Positions 9,834 through 19,036 are shown, numbered from the stretch's first letter. The stretch is DNA of 39,453 bases from an uncultured Rhodospirillaceae bacterium (GCA_964576635.1 CAZNVN010000003.1:4168-43620); one strand, 5' to 3'. The notes: generated by a model not told the origin, from the sequence alone. Made by a program: numbers and translations.

Positions 9834-10820
9834 TTATTTTTTTGCTTCTATGCACTTAATAGAATTATCTAAAATGGAAGGCAAACTATGCAAAAACTTA
9901 TCCTTATTCTCAGGAAAAACATACGTGAAATTTAGCCGAAAGAAAACATTATTATAATAAGAAAAAAAATGCCAAAAATAGTGTTCTAGATAAACATCTT
10001 CTTCCTTATCTTTTTGTTTTTTATAGCAAGAAATTAAAAAGGTATTTTCTGAGCCTGATTGCAAAAGAACATTGGATAAATCCTTTTGCCCTTTTAAAGC
10101 AGAAGATAAGCTCTGCATATATTCACTTACAGTTGTAAACTGCTTTGGCAAAGAAAAGTTATCACCCTCTATGAATAACATCACATGTTCAAATCCACTT
10201 ACCTTAGCTGCCAAAGTTTTATTTTTTCGATCTATTTCATAACGCCAAGAAGCTGGCAAGCTAACATTTAAATTTTGCCATAACTTTATGCTTACTAACT
10301 TTATTTTCTTTAATCTATTGCTGACACTAGCTTGCTCATCTAGATCGTACATTCCTTCCGGGAAAGAAATTTTCTTTAAGGCCCTATCTATTTCAATAAT
10401 AATATTTTTTATCAAACCTTCTGATTCTTTGCTTTCCATCCAAGACAAAGCTAGAGTAACAACTCTCACCGTTCTAGCTCCTATAATTTTTGCTTTTCTA
10501 TAAACTTTTGCCTTTTCCCCGCTCTCTAAACTCGCTTCATACTCAAGACTGGCAATTCCTTTTTCATCTTGATTTATATTTAAATCAATAGCGTCCTTCT
10601 TCAAAGACGGATCCAACAAATATTCTGCTATATTTTTTTTTAAATTCACCTTTGGATCATCTATGCTCAATAATTTGATTCCTAAAACAGGGTATGCACC
10701 GGTATTAAAACGTATTTCTGCTCTAGCAATATCATCGTTAAAGTAAGTTACTTGCCAGGATTCTCTTACTGGCATTTCAAATGAACCGCCTCCTAAAGTT
10801 AATTTTTTAGAATTTTGCAA
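9834..10820 (-). CDS. Hypothetical protein, internally duplicated, no recognisable family
   Basis: The 328-aa ORF has a TTG start 1 nt after the grpE stop; an alternative ATG at 10775 is preceded by GGAGG. There is no signal peptide or TM segment. The two halves share a motif (SFEMPVRESWQV at residues 13-24; NVSLPASWRYEI at 185-196). Confidence 0.6.
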   Translation of the reverse strand: MQNSKKLTLGGGSFEMPVRESWQVTYFNDDIARAEIRFNTGAYPVLGIKLLSIDDPKVNLKKNIAEYLLDPSLKKDAIDLNINQDEKGIASLEYEASLESGEKAKVYRKAKIIGARTVRVVTLALSWMESKESEGLIKNIIIEIDRALKKISFPEGMYDLDEQASVSNRLKKIKLVSIKLWQNLNVSLPASWRYEIDRKNKTLAAKVSGFEHVMLFIEGDNFSLPKQFTTVSEYMQSLSSALKGQKDLSNVLLQSGSENTFLISCYKKQKDKEEDVYLEHYFWHFFSYYNNVFFRLNFTYVFPENKDKFLHSLPSILDNSIKCIEAKK

Positions 10821-10821
10821 T

Positions 10822-11460
10822 TTAATCTTCCGTCTTGTTTGATTCTATTTTTTTGCTTACTCCTACCATTGCTGGCCGAAGCAATCTTTCATATATTGTA
10901 TAGCCAGATTGTAAAATCTCACATATTGAGCCTGGTTCAAATTTATCAGTAGGAATCTCCAGCATGGCTTGATGTATGTTTGGATCAAATTTATCCCCTT
11001 TCGTAGGATTAATTACTTCTATTCCATGACGCTTTAGAATTGTAAATATTTCTTTGTGTATAAGCTCGACTCCCTCATGAAATGATATATATTTTCTTTC
11101 TATCTCTTCTTTTTTAGTAAGTTCTTTTGGTGAAGAAAGTATTGCTCTATTAAAATTATCTATCACTGGAAATAAGTCTTTTGCAATATGAGCTGCACCA
11201 TATTTAGCATTTTCTTCTTTTTCTTTTTGCATTCGTCTTCTTATATTTTCTAGTTCTGCCAATGCTCTAAATTTTTCATCTAAAGTTTCATCCAATTTCT
11301 CTTTCAATATATCTATTTCCTTGGATAAATTTTCAACTATCTCTTTTTTGGAAATACTTTCAAATTTTTTACTAATATCCTCTTGTTTCTTTTTTGCAGT
11401 CTCCTCCTGAGAATCTTTTGCAAGCACCTTGCTATTTTTTTTATATTTCTTAAGTGACAT
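10822..11460 (-). CDS. grpE: Nucleotide exchange factor GrpE
   Basis: The 212-aa ORF has a charged coiled-coil N-terminus and GrpE C-terminal motifs (RALAELENIRRR, FDPNIHQAM, GYTIYERLLRPAMV). The RBS is GGAGAA. Confidence 0.93.
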   Translation of the reverse strand: MSLKKYKKNSKVLAKDSQEETAKKKQEDISKKFESISKKEIVENLSKEIDILKEKLDETLDEKFRALAELENIRRRMQKEKEENAKYGAAHIAKDLFPVIDNFNRAILSSPKELTKKEEIERKYISFHEGVELIHKEIFTILKRHGIEVINPTKGDKFDPNIHQAMLEIPTDKFEPGSICEILQSGYTIYERLLRPAMVGVSKKIESNKTED

Positions 11461-11490
11461 GTAAATTTCTCCAAAATGTTCTCAATGGCA

Positions 11491-11519
11491 ATATTGGTAT
11501 AAACTATAAAGGTTACAAG
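11491..11519 (-). promoter_or_regulatory. Second sigma32-like promoter, upstream of grpE
   Basis: The minus strand reads CTTG-N18-CCAATAT (complement of 11516-11519 and 11491-11497). It lies about 30 nt upstream of the grpE ATG, just after the hrcA stop. Confidence 0.4.
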
Positions 11520-11536
11520 TATTTTAAATCTTTATA

Positions 11537-12616
11537 CTATTCAAATAACTTAGAAATTGTTTTAGCTGTAAAATCAACTATAGGAATTACCCTTGCATAG
11601 TTTACTCTTTTAGGGCCAATTACCCCTATCGCCCCTAGTGTTTTTGTTTCTGTGCTTTCTATTGTTTTCTTGCCCTTTAAGGGCGCAATAATCATAGAGC
11701 ACCCGGAATGATCAAATAGTTTATTATCCGAACCAATAAAAACATGTACTCCAGTTTTTGAAACTGCATTCTCTATCAACTGATAACTTATTTTGGTTTT
11801 CTCCAACTCCTCAAATAAGAAATTAATTCTATCAATATCTCCTTCGCTAGATAAATTATTATAAATATTATCTTTTCCGGTTAGAATAAAAGTAGGGTTT
11901 TCAGAATTTCCACTTTTAATGGCCAAGCCAGCCTTTATTACTTTTTCTGAAATAACATCTATCTCTTTTCTATGATTATTAAGATCTTCCTGTATGCTTT
12001 TTTTTGATTCCAAAAGTGTTTGGCCCATAATTTTTGAATTTAAATAGTTTGAGGCTTCAATTAAATTTGCTACTGGAGTTCCTTTCGGAATGTCTATCAA
12101 ACGATTTTCTACCATTCCTAAAGAATTTACTATTATAACCAACGCTCTTTCATTATCAACAGGCACAAAATCAATATGTTTTACTGGTCTTTCAATATTA
12201 GGAGCAGCGACTAAACTTACACATTTTGATAGACCAGAAAGTGCATCTGATGCCTCTAAGAGAATTTCCTTCAAGCTTTTTCCTAATCCTGCACATAAGG
12301 ACTCAATATTTTCTTTTTCTTTAGAGGGAACGTCCCCAAATTGTAGCAGTCCATCTACAAAAAATTGCAAACCAGTATCTGTCGGGATTCTCCCTGCTGA
12401 AATATGTGGAGATCTTAATAAATCTAAACGTTCTAGTTTTGCCATAACGTTTCTTATGGTTGCGGAAGCTAATGTTGGATTAATTTTTTTTGATATAACT
12501 TTTGAGGCTACAGGATTCCCATTCTCTATATACGACTCAACTACGTATTGTAGTATTTTCCGAGATCTGTCATCTAAAGATGAGAGAGGCACATTTTTTT
12601 TTAAATTACTTTTCAC
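11537..12616 (-). CDS. hrcA: Heat-inducible transcription repressor HrcA
   Basis: The 359-aa ORF has an N-terminal winged-helix region (LDDRSRKILQYVVESYIENGNPVASKVI, ATIRNVMAKLE) and a C-terminal GAIGVIGPKRVNYARVIP. It starts at GTG. Confidence 0.9.
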   Translation of the reverse strand: MKSNLKKNVPLSSLDDRSRKILQYVVESYIENGNPVASKVISKKINPTLASATIRNVMAKLERLDLLRSPHISAGRIPTDTGLQFFVDGLLQFGDVPSKEKENIESLCAGLGKSLKEILLEASDALSGLSKCVSLVAAPNIERPVKHIDFVPVDNERALVIIVNSLGMVENRLIDIPKGTPVANLIEASNYLNSKIMGQTLLESKKSIQEDLNNHRKEIDVISEKVIKAGLAIKSGNSENPTFILTGKDNIYNNLSSEGDIDRINFLFEELEKTKISYQLIENAVSKTGVHVFIGSDNKLFDHSGCSMIIAPLKGKKTIESTETKTLGAIGVIGPKRVNYARVIPIVDFTAKTISKLFE

Positions 12617-12677
12617 TAAACCATGCTTATATTGATATAAATTATTTATAAACTAAATCATAATAAAACACTATTAA

Positions 12678-13277
12678 ATGAAAAAAAAAATTAGACTTCC
12701 TAATAAAATAGTAATAGCTAGCTTTAACAAGGGTAAGCTAGTAGAAATAAAGCAATTGTTCAAAAATACTAAGGTTAATTTTATCGAATTTTCTACCTTC
12801 ACTAATATATCCCCTGAAGAAAATGGTAAAACTTTTACAGAAAATGCATTAATTAAAGCAAGGAGTGCTAACAAAATTTCTGGGCTTGCATCTATAGCAG
12901 ACGACTCAGGTTTATGTATTAATGCACTTAATGGCAAACCAGGTATTTTATCTTCTAGGTGGGCAGGAAAAAATAATAATTTTTTGAGAGCGATAAATAT
13001 TATTGAAAAAAAATTAGAAAACGAAGAAAATAAAACTGCGTACTTTATTTGTGCATTAGCCCTAGTTTTAAATACTAATCAAGAATTTACATTTGTTGGG
13101 AAAACACATGGTTCACTGGTCTTCCCACCAAAAGGAAAAAGTGGATTTGGCTATGATCCTATTTTTGTACCAAATAAACAAATATTAACTTTCGGCCAAA
13201 TGAACCCAGAGAAAAAAGACCTAATTAGCCATAGATTTAAAGCATATAAAAAAATGAAAGAGGTTTTCTTTGTATAA
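12678..13277 (+). CDS. rdgB: dITP/XTP pyrophosphatase (RdgB/HAM1 family)
   Basis: The 199-aa ORF contains ASFNKGKLVEI, ADDSGLCINALNGKPGILSSRWAG, FGYDPIF and SHRFKA. Confidence 0.9.
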   Translation: MKKKIRLPNKIVIASFNKGKLVEIKQLFKNTKVNFIEFSTFTNISPEENGKTFTENALIKARSANKISGLASIADDSGLCINALNGKPGILSSRWAGKNNNFLRAINIIEKKLENEENKTAYFICALALVLNTNQEFTFVGKTHGSLVFPPKGKSGFGYDPIFVPNKQILTFGQMNPEKKDLISHRFKAYKKMKEVFFV

Positions 13278-14439
13278 TGAACATCAAAATAACATAGCTA
13301 TATATATACATTGGCCTTTTTGTACAAGAAAATGCCCCTATTGCGACTTTAATAGCCATGAGGCCAAAAGCAAAATTGATATTAAATTATGGATGAATGC
13401 ATACCAAAATGAAATTGCTTTTGAACAAAGTCGTTTGGGGAAAAAGTTAGTAAAAAGTGTTTTTTTTGGGGGAGGTACGCCTTCTTTAATGCCAATAAAA
13501 TTAGTAGAATTTATTTTAAACAAATTAAACAAAGTGTGGCACATAGATAAAAACACAGAAATTTCTTTGGAAGCCAACCCTTCAAGCGTTGAATCAAAAA
13601 AATTTAATAATTTATCTAAAATCGGAGTTAATAGAGTGTCCTTAGGAATACAATCATTAAGAGATAGTAAACTAAAATTTTTAGGAAGAACTCACTCTGC
13701 TAAGGAAGGAAAAGAGGCAATAAAAATAGCTAATAAATATTTTAATAAAGTATCCTGTGACTTAATATATGGAGTTCCCAAACAAAGCAAAATTTCATGG
13801 GAAAATGAACTAAAAGAGTTGATTGCTTACGCAAATGGACATATATCTGCATACCAATTGACTATAGAAAAAGGCACACCATTCTTTTCAGACCACAAAA
13901 ATAACAAATTTATTTTACCTTCTGAAAAATTTTTACTAATTTTATATAAACTTACAGATAGGATTCTTCATCAAAACGGTTATAAAAAATATGAAACCTC
14001 AAATTACTCTTTTGCAAATTGTGAAAGCATTCATAATTTAGCAGTCTGGCGTGGACTGGAATATATTGGGTTTGGACCCGGTGCTCATGGAAGAGTTATA
14101 AGAAACAAGAGTTGGTATGCAACTCAAAGGATTTATTCTCCCTCAAAATGGCTTAATTGCTTAATAAAAAATAAGAATAGTTTGATAGTGGATAATAAAA
14201 TAAATAGTAATGAAAGAGCTAAAGAAATAGTTTTAACAGCTTTAAGATTAATAGAAGGTTTAGACTTAAATAAACTAAATACACTCACTAATAATCTTCA
14301 CTCAAAAGAAATAATAAATAAAAACTCCTTAAACGAACTGTCAAAGTATGGATTGCTTAATTTAGATAACTCAGTAGTTAAAGTCACGAAAAAGGGATCG
14401 CCAATTCTTAATACAATTTTATATAAAATTCTTTGCTAG
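13270..14439 (+). CDS. hemW: Radical-SAM heme chaperone HemW (HemN-like, oxygen-independent coproporphyrinogen oxidase family)
   Basis: The ORF has YIHWPFCTRKCPYCDF (the CxxxCxxC radical-SAM cluster motif) and a GGGTPS glycine motif. The TTG start overlaps the rdgB end by 8 nt. Confidence 0.85.
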   Translation: MYNEHQNNIAIYIHWPFCTRKCPYCDFNSHEAKSKIDIKLWMNAYQNEIAFEQSRLGKKLVKSVFFGGGTPSLMPIKLVEFILNKLNKVWHIDKNTEISLEANPSSVESKKFNNLSKIGVNRVSLGIQSLRDSKLKFLGRTHSAKEGKEAIKIANKYFNKVSCDLIYGVPKQSKISWENELKELIAYANGHISAYQLTIEKGTPFFSDHKNNKFILPSEKFLLILYKLTDRILHQNGYKKYETSNYSFANCESIHNLAVWRGLEYIGFGPGAHGRVIRNKSWYATQRIYSPSKWLNCLIKNKNSLIVDNKINSNERAKEIVLTALRLIEGLDLNKLNTLTNNLHSKEIINKNSLNELSKYGLLNLDNSVVKVTKKGSPILNTILYKILC

Positions 14440-14441
14440 TA

Positions 14442-15770
14442 TTAATCAATTTCTGGCATAATTTCTCTTTTCTTTAAAAAACTTCTCTCCATAACCTTGT
14501 ATGAAATGTACTTTCTATAAATTTTCCCGTTAACTCCTAATTTAAAAAACCCAAAAAGACCCTTAAATCCATCCGCATTCATAGCTAGAGAAGTTATCTC
14601 AGATTGTTTTTCAGCTTTATTGAGTAAGAAGGAGCATAAAGCTACAATATCATACCCCAGGGCTGAAACTTCAGAAGGCCAATTGCCATAAATTTTATGA
14701 TATCGTGATACAAAGGCTTCATATGCAGTGTGATCAGTAGCAACAAAAGAGCCGCCATAAAGTGAAGGCTCGCCAAAAATACTTGTACTATTCCAACCGG
14801 ATAAACCAAAAAACTTTATTTTTTTCGGATCTACTCCTATAAATTGTACCCTTGAAGCAATTTCGCGAAGCTGACGACCAGAAGCTAAAATAAGTATACC
14901 CTCGTAATCTATATTTTTACTCAATCCGGATGATTCATTTAAATAGGAAAGATCATTAGATTCAGGAATATATTTAAATACTTTTTTTATGTGAATATTT
15001 GTTTTTGCTTGTTCTAGTTTAATCGTTTGCATTGCCACTTGACCGTAAGCTGTATTAGGAATAATTATAGCTATATTATTTATAGAATTCTCTTTGATTT
15101 CCTTTATTATTGCTTGTATTTGTTGCTGAGGCGAAAATCCAAAAGACCAAATCCCGTTTCTAATTATACTTTCATCATTAGTAAATGAAAAAATAGGAAT
15201 ATCTAAATTTATTTTTTCTCTTATGGCTTTAGAATGAGATGAAAACAAGGGGCCTATTAATATTGAAACCCCTTCTTTTTCCAATGCCTGTGCTGCATTA
15301 ACCGCTGATTCTATGCTATCCCCTGTATCTCTTGGCAAAAGCATAATATTTTTGGCTTTTGATTCAAACAGTGCCATTTCTGAAGCATTATATATAGAGG
15401 CCCCTATTGCCTTCGCTGATCCTGATAATGGTATTAAAAGTCCAATTTTTATTAATTCATCTGAAAAATATTTTTCTTTAATTTTTAAATCCGTAAATTC
15501 TTTATTTAGTTTAATCTCTTCTGTAATGATATCTTTTTTCAATAATTGCTTTTCCTGAATTTTATCCTTTTCCTTTTTTACTTCAGGGCTAGACTCTTCT
15601 TTTTTTAAAGAAACATCTGCTTCTAAAACAGAATCTTCTATATCCCTACTAACTGCTATATCTTTATCCTGCTTCACATCCTCTTTATACATAGGATACA
15701 TACATGCAGTAATAAAAACACAAAACAATATTAATACGTTTTTTATGTCTAACATTTTAAACTTTACCAT
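14442..15770 (-). CDS. LpoA/LppC-like lipoprotein with a type-1 periplasmic-binding-protein fold (penicillin-binding-protein activator family)
   Basis: The 442-aa ORF has a lipobox (CVFITAC), a charged linker and then a PBP-1-like domain (IGLLIPLSG...GPLFS). It lies divergent from rsmI, as lpoA does in E. coli. Confidence 0.6.
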   Translation of the reverse strand: MVKFKMLDIKNVLILFCVFITACMYPMYKEDVKQDKDIAVSRDIEDSVLEADVSLKKEESSPEVKKEKDKIQEKQLLKKDIITEEIKLNKEFTDLKIKEKYFSDELIKIGLLIPLSGSAKAIGASIYNASEMALFESKAKNIMLLPRDTGDSIESAVNAAQALEKEGVSILIGPLFSSHSKAIREKINLDIPIFSFTNDESIIRNGIWSFGFSPQQQIQAIIKEIKENSINNIAIIIPNTAYGQVAMQTIKLEQAKTNIHIKKVFKYIPESNDLSYLNESSGLSKNIDYEGILILASGRQLREIASRVQFIGVDPKKIKFFGLSGWNSTSIFGEPSLYGGSFVATDHTAYEAFVSRYHKIYGNWPSEVSALGYDIVALCSFLLNKAEKQSEITSLAMNADGFKGLFGFFKLGVNGKIYRKYISYKVMERSFLKKREIMPEID

Positions 15771-15841
15771 TGGTTAGAGTTCTCAATATAAAGATATTGA
15801 AAAATAAAATACATAATAAAAAATTATGCTATTCTTAAAAA

Positions 15842-16696
15842 ATGAAATATGGAACCCTTTATATAATAGCTACCCCTATTGGAAACTTAGATGACATTAC
15901 TATAAGGGCAATTAAAACACTTAAAGAGGTAAGGGTTATATCATGCGAAGACACAAGGGTAACCTCTAAATTATGCAATATTCATAACATTGCATGCAAA
16001 GGAAAATTAATTTCATATCATGAACACAATGCACATAAAATGTTGCCAAAAATAATAGACAAGCTTAAAGGTGGAGCCGATGTGGGTTTTGTGTCCGACG
16101 CTGGAACTCCTTTGATCTCTGACCCTGGATTCAAATTGGTAAAAAAAGCAATTCAAGATAATATCCCAGTAAAAAGCATTCCTGGCCCTAGTGCCTTAAC
16201 TGCTGCTATTTCTATCTCTGGGATTAGTACTGATCAATTTAACTTTTATGGGTTTTTACCTAAAAAAAAGGCACAGAGATTAAAAAAAATCAGGACCATA
16301 TCTGCTTTAGATGCGTCCGCCATAATTTTTGAATCTTCCAAACGAGTTGTTGCTACATTATCTGAAATATACACCATTTTGGGTAATAGAAACATAAGTA
16401 TAGTAAGAGAAATAACGAAAATACATGAAGAAAATATTCACGGAAGCATTACTTCTGTTTTGGATAATATTAAAAACATTACTATAAAAGGAGAATTAGT
16501 AGTATTAATTGAGAAAGATGAAAATAAAGGAGTTATTACAGACAAAAAAAAAATTATATCTTTACTAAATAAGAAAATTTCTAAATATGGAATTTCTTCT
16601 GCTTCAAAAGAAATTGCAAAAAAAACTCTTCTAAAAAGAGATAATATATATAAACTTGCCTTAGAAATAAAAAATGATAGAAAAAAAAATGATTAG
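15842..16696 (+). CDS. rsmI: 16S rRNA (cytidine1402-2'-O)-methyltransferase
   Basis: The ORF contains GTLYIIATPIGNLDDITIRA, CEDTR, SDAGTPLISDPG and PGPSALTAA. Confidence 0.9.
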   Translation: MKYGTLYIIATPIGNLDDITIRAIKTLKEVRVISCEDTRVTSKLCNIHNIACKGKLISYHEHNAHKMLPKIIDKLKGGADVGFVSDAGTPLISDPGFKLVKKAIQDNIPVKSIPGPSALTAAISISGISTDQFNFYGFLPKKKAQRLKKIRTISALDASAIIFESSKRVVATLSEIYTILGNRNISIVREITKIHEENIHGSITSVLDNIKNITIKGELVVLIEKDENKGVITDKKKIISLLNKKISKYGISSASKEIAKKTLLKRDNIYKLALEIKNDRKKND

Positions 16697-17294
16697 TATA
16701 ATAAAAGATTTAAAAATTTCTATTTTAGCCCTTTTATTGATCTTAGGCATGTCCGGCTGCAGCGGGTTATTAATTGGAGGAGCCGCAACCGTCGGCGTGG
16801 CTTCAATTCAAGAGAGATCTTTAAAAGATGCAGCACAAGACATGAAAATTAAGCTATTTATAGAAGACAAACTTTTCACAACTCATACTGAAGAATTATT
16901 TACAAAAGTAAGTGTCAGTGTCATAGAACAAAGAGTTATGTTAGTCGGAGTCGTTGCTTCTGAAGCTTTTAGAGATAAAGCTGCCGAAATAGCCTGGAAA
17001 TCTCCAAATATAAAAGAAGTGCTCAATGAAATAACCACAGGAAAAAGTGGTGGCTTAGTTGATTCAGCGAAAGATGCTAGAATATCAATAACCTTATCGG
17101 GATTGTTATTAACTGAGTCAAAGATTGCTGACATAAATTATATCCATTCTGTGTCTAATCAAGTAATTTACATTATGGGCATAGCACAAAACAAAAAAGA
17201 GGCGAACATGGTCATCCATCATGCAAGAACTGTCAAAGGTGTAAAAAAAGTGATTAGCCATATACTTCTAAAAACTGACCAAAAGAGACTTTAG
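16674..17294 (+). CDS. Dual-BON-domain outer-membrane lipoprotein (DolP/YraP-like)
   Basis: The ORF has a lipobox (LLILGMSGCSG) and two BON-like repeats, ending ...IKEVLNEI and ...VKKVISHI. An alternative ATG lies at 16689. It overlaps the rsmI end. Confidence 0.75.
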   Translation: MIEKKMISIIKDLKISILALLLILGMSGCSGLLIGGAATVGVASIQERSLKDAAQDMKIKLFIEDKLFTTHTEELFTKVSVSVIEQRVMLVGVVASEAFRDKAAEIAWKSPNIKEVLNEITTGKSGGLVDSAKDARISITLSGLLLTESKIADINYIHSVSNQVIYIMGIAQNKKEANMVIHHARTVKGVKKVISHILLKTDQKRL

Positions 17295-17307
17295 GACATA
17301 AAATATA

Positions 17308-18246
17308 GTGGCTAAAGTTTCAATCCAGATGGATCCAATTAAAGATATAGATATTTATTCAGATACTACTTTTGCTCTTGCCATGGAAGGAATAAGAAGA
17401 GGACACGAGCTATTTTATTATGAAACAAGAAATTTAACTTTGTACAAAGGGATATTAGAAGCAAAGGGACATTCCATTATTCAATTAAAAAAAGAATTAG
17501 GAAATCATGTCTCTCTAGGAAAAACAGAAAAGAGAAAGTTAAAAGATGAGGAAATTATTTTAATGAGACAAGATCCTCCCTTTGACATGAATTACATAAC
17601 TTATACGCATTTTTTAGAAGATATTCATCCTAAAACACTAGTAGTCAATAATCCATCCGAAGTAAGAAATGCACCTGAAAAATTATTCGTTAATAAATTT
17701 AAAGAATTTATTCCTGAAACTTTAATATCTAGAAATTTTGACGATATTTATAATTTTAGAAAAGAATATAAGGATATAATCATAAAACCCTTATACGGAA
17801 ATGGTGGAAAGCAAATTTTTTACATTGATCCTAATAATCAAAATTTTTCTTCCTTGTTAGAGATGTTTTTTGAAAAATCTAATGAACCCATAATCATACA
17901 AAGATATCTTCCCGAAGTTAAAAATGGAGATTGTAGAGTTGTTCTCATAGATGGAAAAATTGGAGGTGCTATAAATAGGATTCCTCTATCTGGAGAAGTA
18001 AGATCTAACCTACATGTAGGAGGCAAACCCGAAAAGAAAAAGCTTAATAATAGGGAACTATTAATCTGCGAGGCCTTGGAAAATGAACTAAAATCAAGAG
18101 GGCTTATATTAGTTGGGATCGATATAATTGGAGGATACCTTACAGAGATAAATGTAACCTCTCCAACAGGAGTACAAGAAATATCTAAATTTGAAAATAT
18201 AAACTTAAGTTCTAGAATCTGGGAGGCAATTGAGAGCAAACTTTAA
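17308..18246 (+). CDS. gshB: Glutathione synthetase (ATP-grasp)
   Basis: The ORF aligns by eye to E. coli GshB along its whole length (MDPI, ILMRQDPPFD, NAPEKLF, IIKPLYGNGG, LTEINVTSPTG). It starts at GTG. Confidence 0.9.
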   Translation: MAKVSIQMDPIKDIDIYSDTTFALAMEGIRRGHELFYYETRNLTLYKGILEAKGHSIIQLKKELGNHVSLGKTEKRKLKDEEIILMRQDPPFDMNYITYTHFLEDIHPKTLVVNNPSEVRNAPEKLFVNKFKEFIPETLISRNFDDIYNFRKEYKDIIIKPLYGNGGKQIFYIDPNNQNFSSLLEMFFEKSNEPIIIQRYLPEVKNGDCRVVLIDGKIGGAINRIPLSGEVRSNLHVGGKPEKKKLNNRELLICEALENELKSRGLILVGIDIIGGYLTEINVTSPTGVQEISKFENINLSSRIWEAIESKL

Positions 18247-18260
18247 AATACTACAGACTT

Positions 18261-18623
18261 TTAATCATTTTTTCCTAATTTGCGTCCTCCTATAATATGA
18301 AAATGTAAATGCTCAACCTCTTGATTGGCATCCCTTCCGATATTCGTAGTCACTCTATATCCTGTGTTTTTTATTCCCTCAATTTTTACCACCTCTAGTA
18401 TAGTTTTAAATATATCTGAAAATTCTTCTATATCTGCTTTAGCACTGAAATCATTTAAGCTTACATAATGCTTTTTGGGAATTACCAGAACATGAGTGGG
18501 TGCTTTAGGATAGATATCTCTAAATGCTAAAGTATGCTGGGATTCAAATACTTTTTCACAGGAAATTTCGCCTCTTAATATCTTAGAAAATATATTAGTA
18601 TCATCATAAGACTTGTTTCTCAA
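18261..18623 (-). CDS. HIT-family (histidine triad) nucleotide hydrolase
   Basis: The 120-aa ORF contains the HLHFHIIGG histidine triad and HVLVIPK. It starts at TTG. Confidence 0.85.
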   Translation of the reverse strand: MRNKSYDDTNIFSKILRGEISCEKVFESQHTLAFRDIYPKAPTHVLVIPKKHYVSLNDFSAKADIEEFSDIFKTILEVVKIEGIKNTGYRVTTNIGRDANQEVEHLHFHIIGGRKLGKND

Positions 18624-18633
18624 AAAAAATATC

Positions 18634-18966
18634 CTATCTGTTTCTTTTTTCTTTTAAACCCGAAACCTTTTCTCTACTTTTTAATTCATCCATAACTAAA
18701 CTTGGATTAATCCCTTGGGCTTTCCATAATACCAATAAGTGAAAGAGCAAATCTGCCGACTCATGTATCATTTTTGTTTTATCTTCTTTTTCCAGAGAAG
18801 CAACTATGGTTTCAATGCTTTCTTCCCCTAATTTTTTTGCGCACTTTTCTATTCCTTGCGACAATAGATATGCTACATAAGAATCTTCAGGAGAAGACTT
18901 TTCTGACCTATCAGAAATTATTTCCCATAATTTTTCCAAAAAAGTAAACGATTTAATATCATTCAT
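18634..18966 (-). CDS. hisE: Phosphoribosyl-ATP pyrophosphatase
   Basis: The 110-aa ORF contains SYVAYLL, KKLGEE and ESADLLFHLLVLW. Confidence 0.85.
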   Translation of the reverse strand: MNDIKSFTFLEKLWEIISDRSEKSSPEDSYVAYLLSQGIEKCAKKLGEESIETIVASLEKEDKTKMIHESADLLFHLLVLWKAQGINPSLVMDELKSREKVSGLKEKRNR

Positions 18967-19036
18967 AAATCTTTTCCTATATTGAGTTTATTTTACTTTA
19001 ATAATATTAAAAAATTTTTATTCTAACTACTTTTTA

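Noticed and set aside
12090-12635. Long antisense ORFs inside well-supported genes: 181 aa opposite hrcA, 31206-31631 opposite the DUF299 gene, 37664-38137 opposite the imelysin gene, 35774-36172 opposite rho, and 17838-18239 opposite gshB.
   Set aside because: Each lies wholly within a gene whose product matches a well-known family. Their translations are low-complexity Ser/Phe/Leu/Ile-rich with no recognisable motifs and no RBS. They are mirror-frame artefacts.
9743-12677. I searched the intergenic regions of the hrcA-grpE-dnaKJ cluster for the HrcA operator CIRCE (TTAGCACTC-N9-GAGTGCTAA).
   Set aside because: No such inverted repeat is present. In Alphaproteobacteria CIRCE is typically at groESL, so its absence here is not anomalous.
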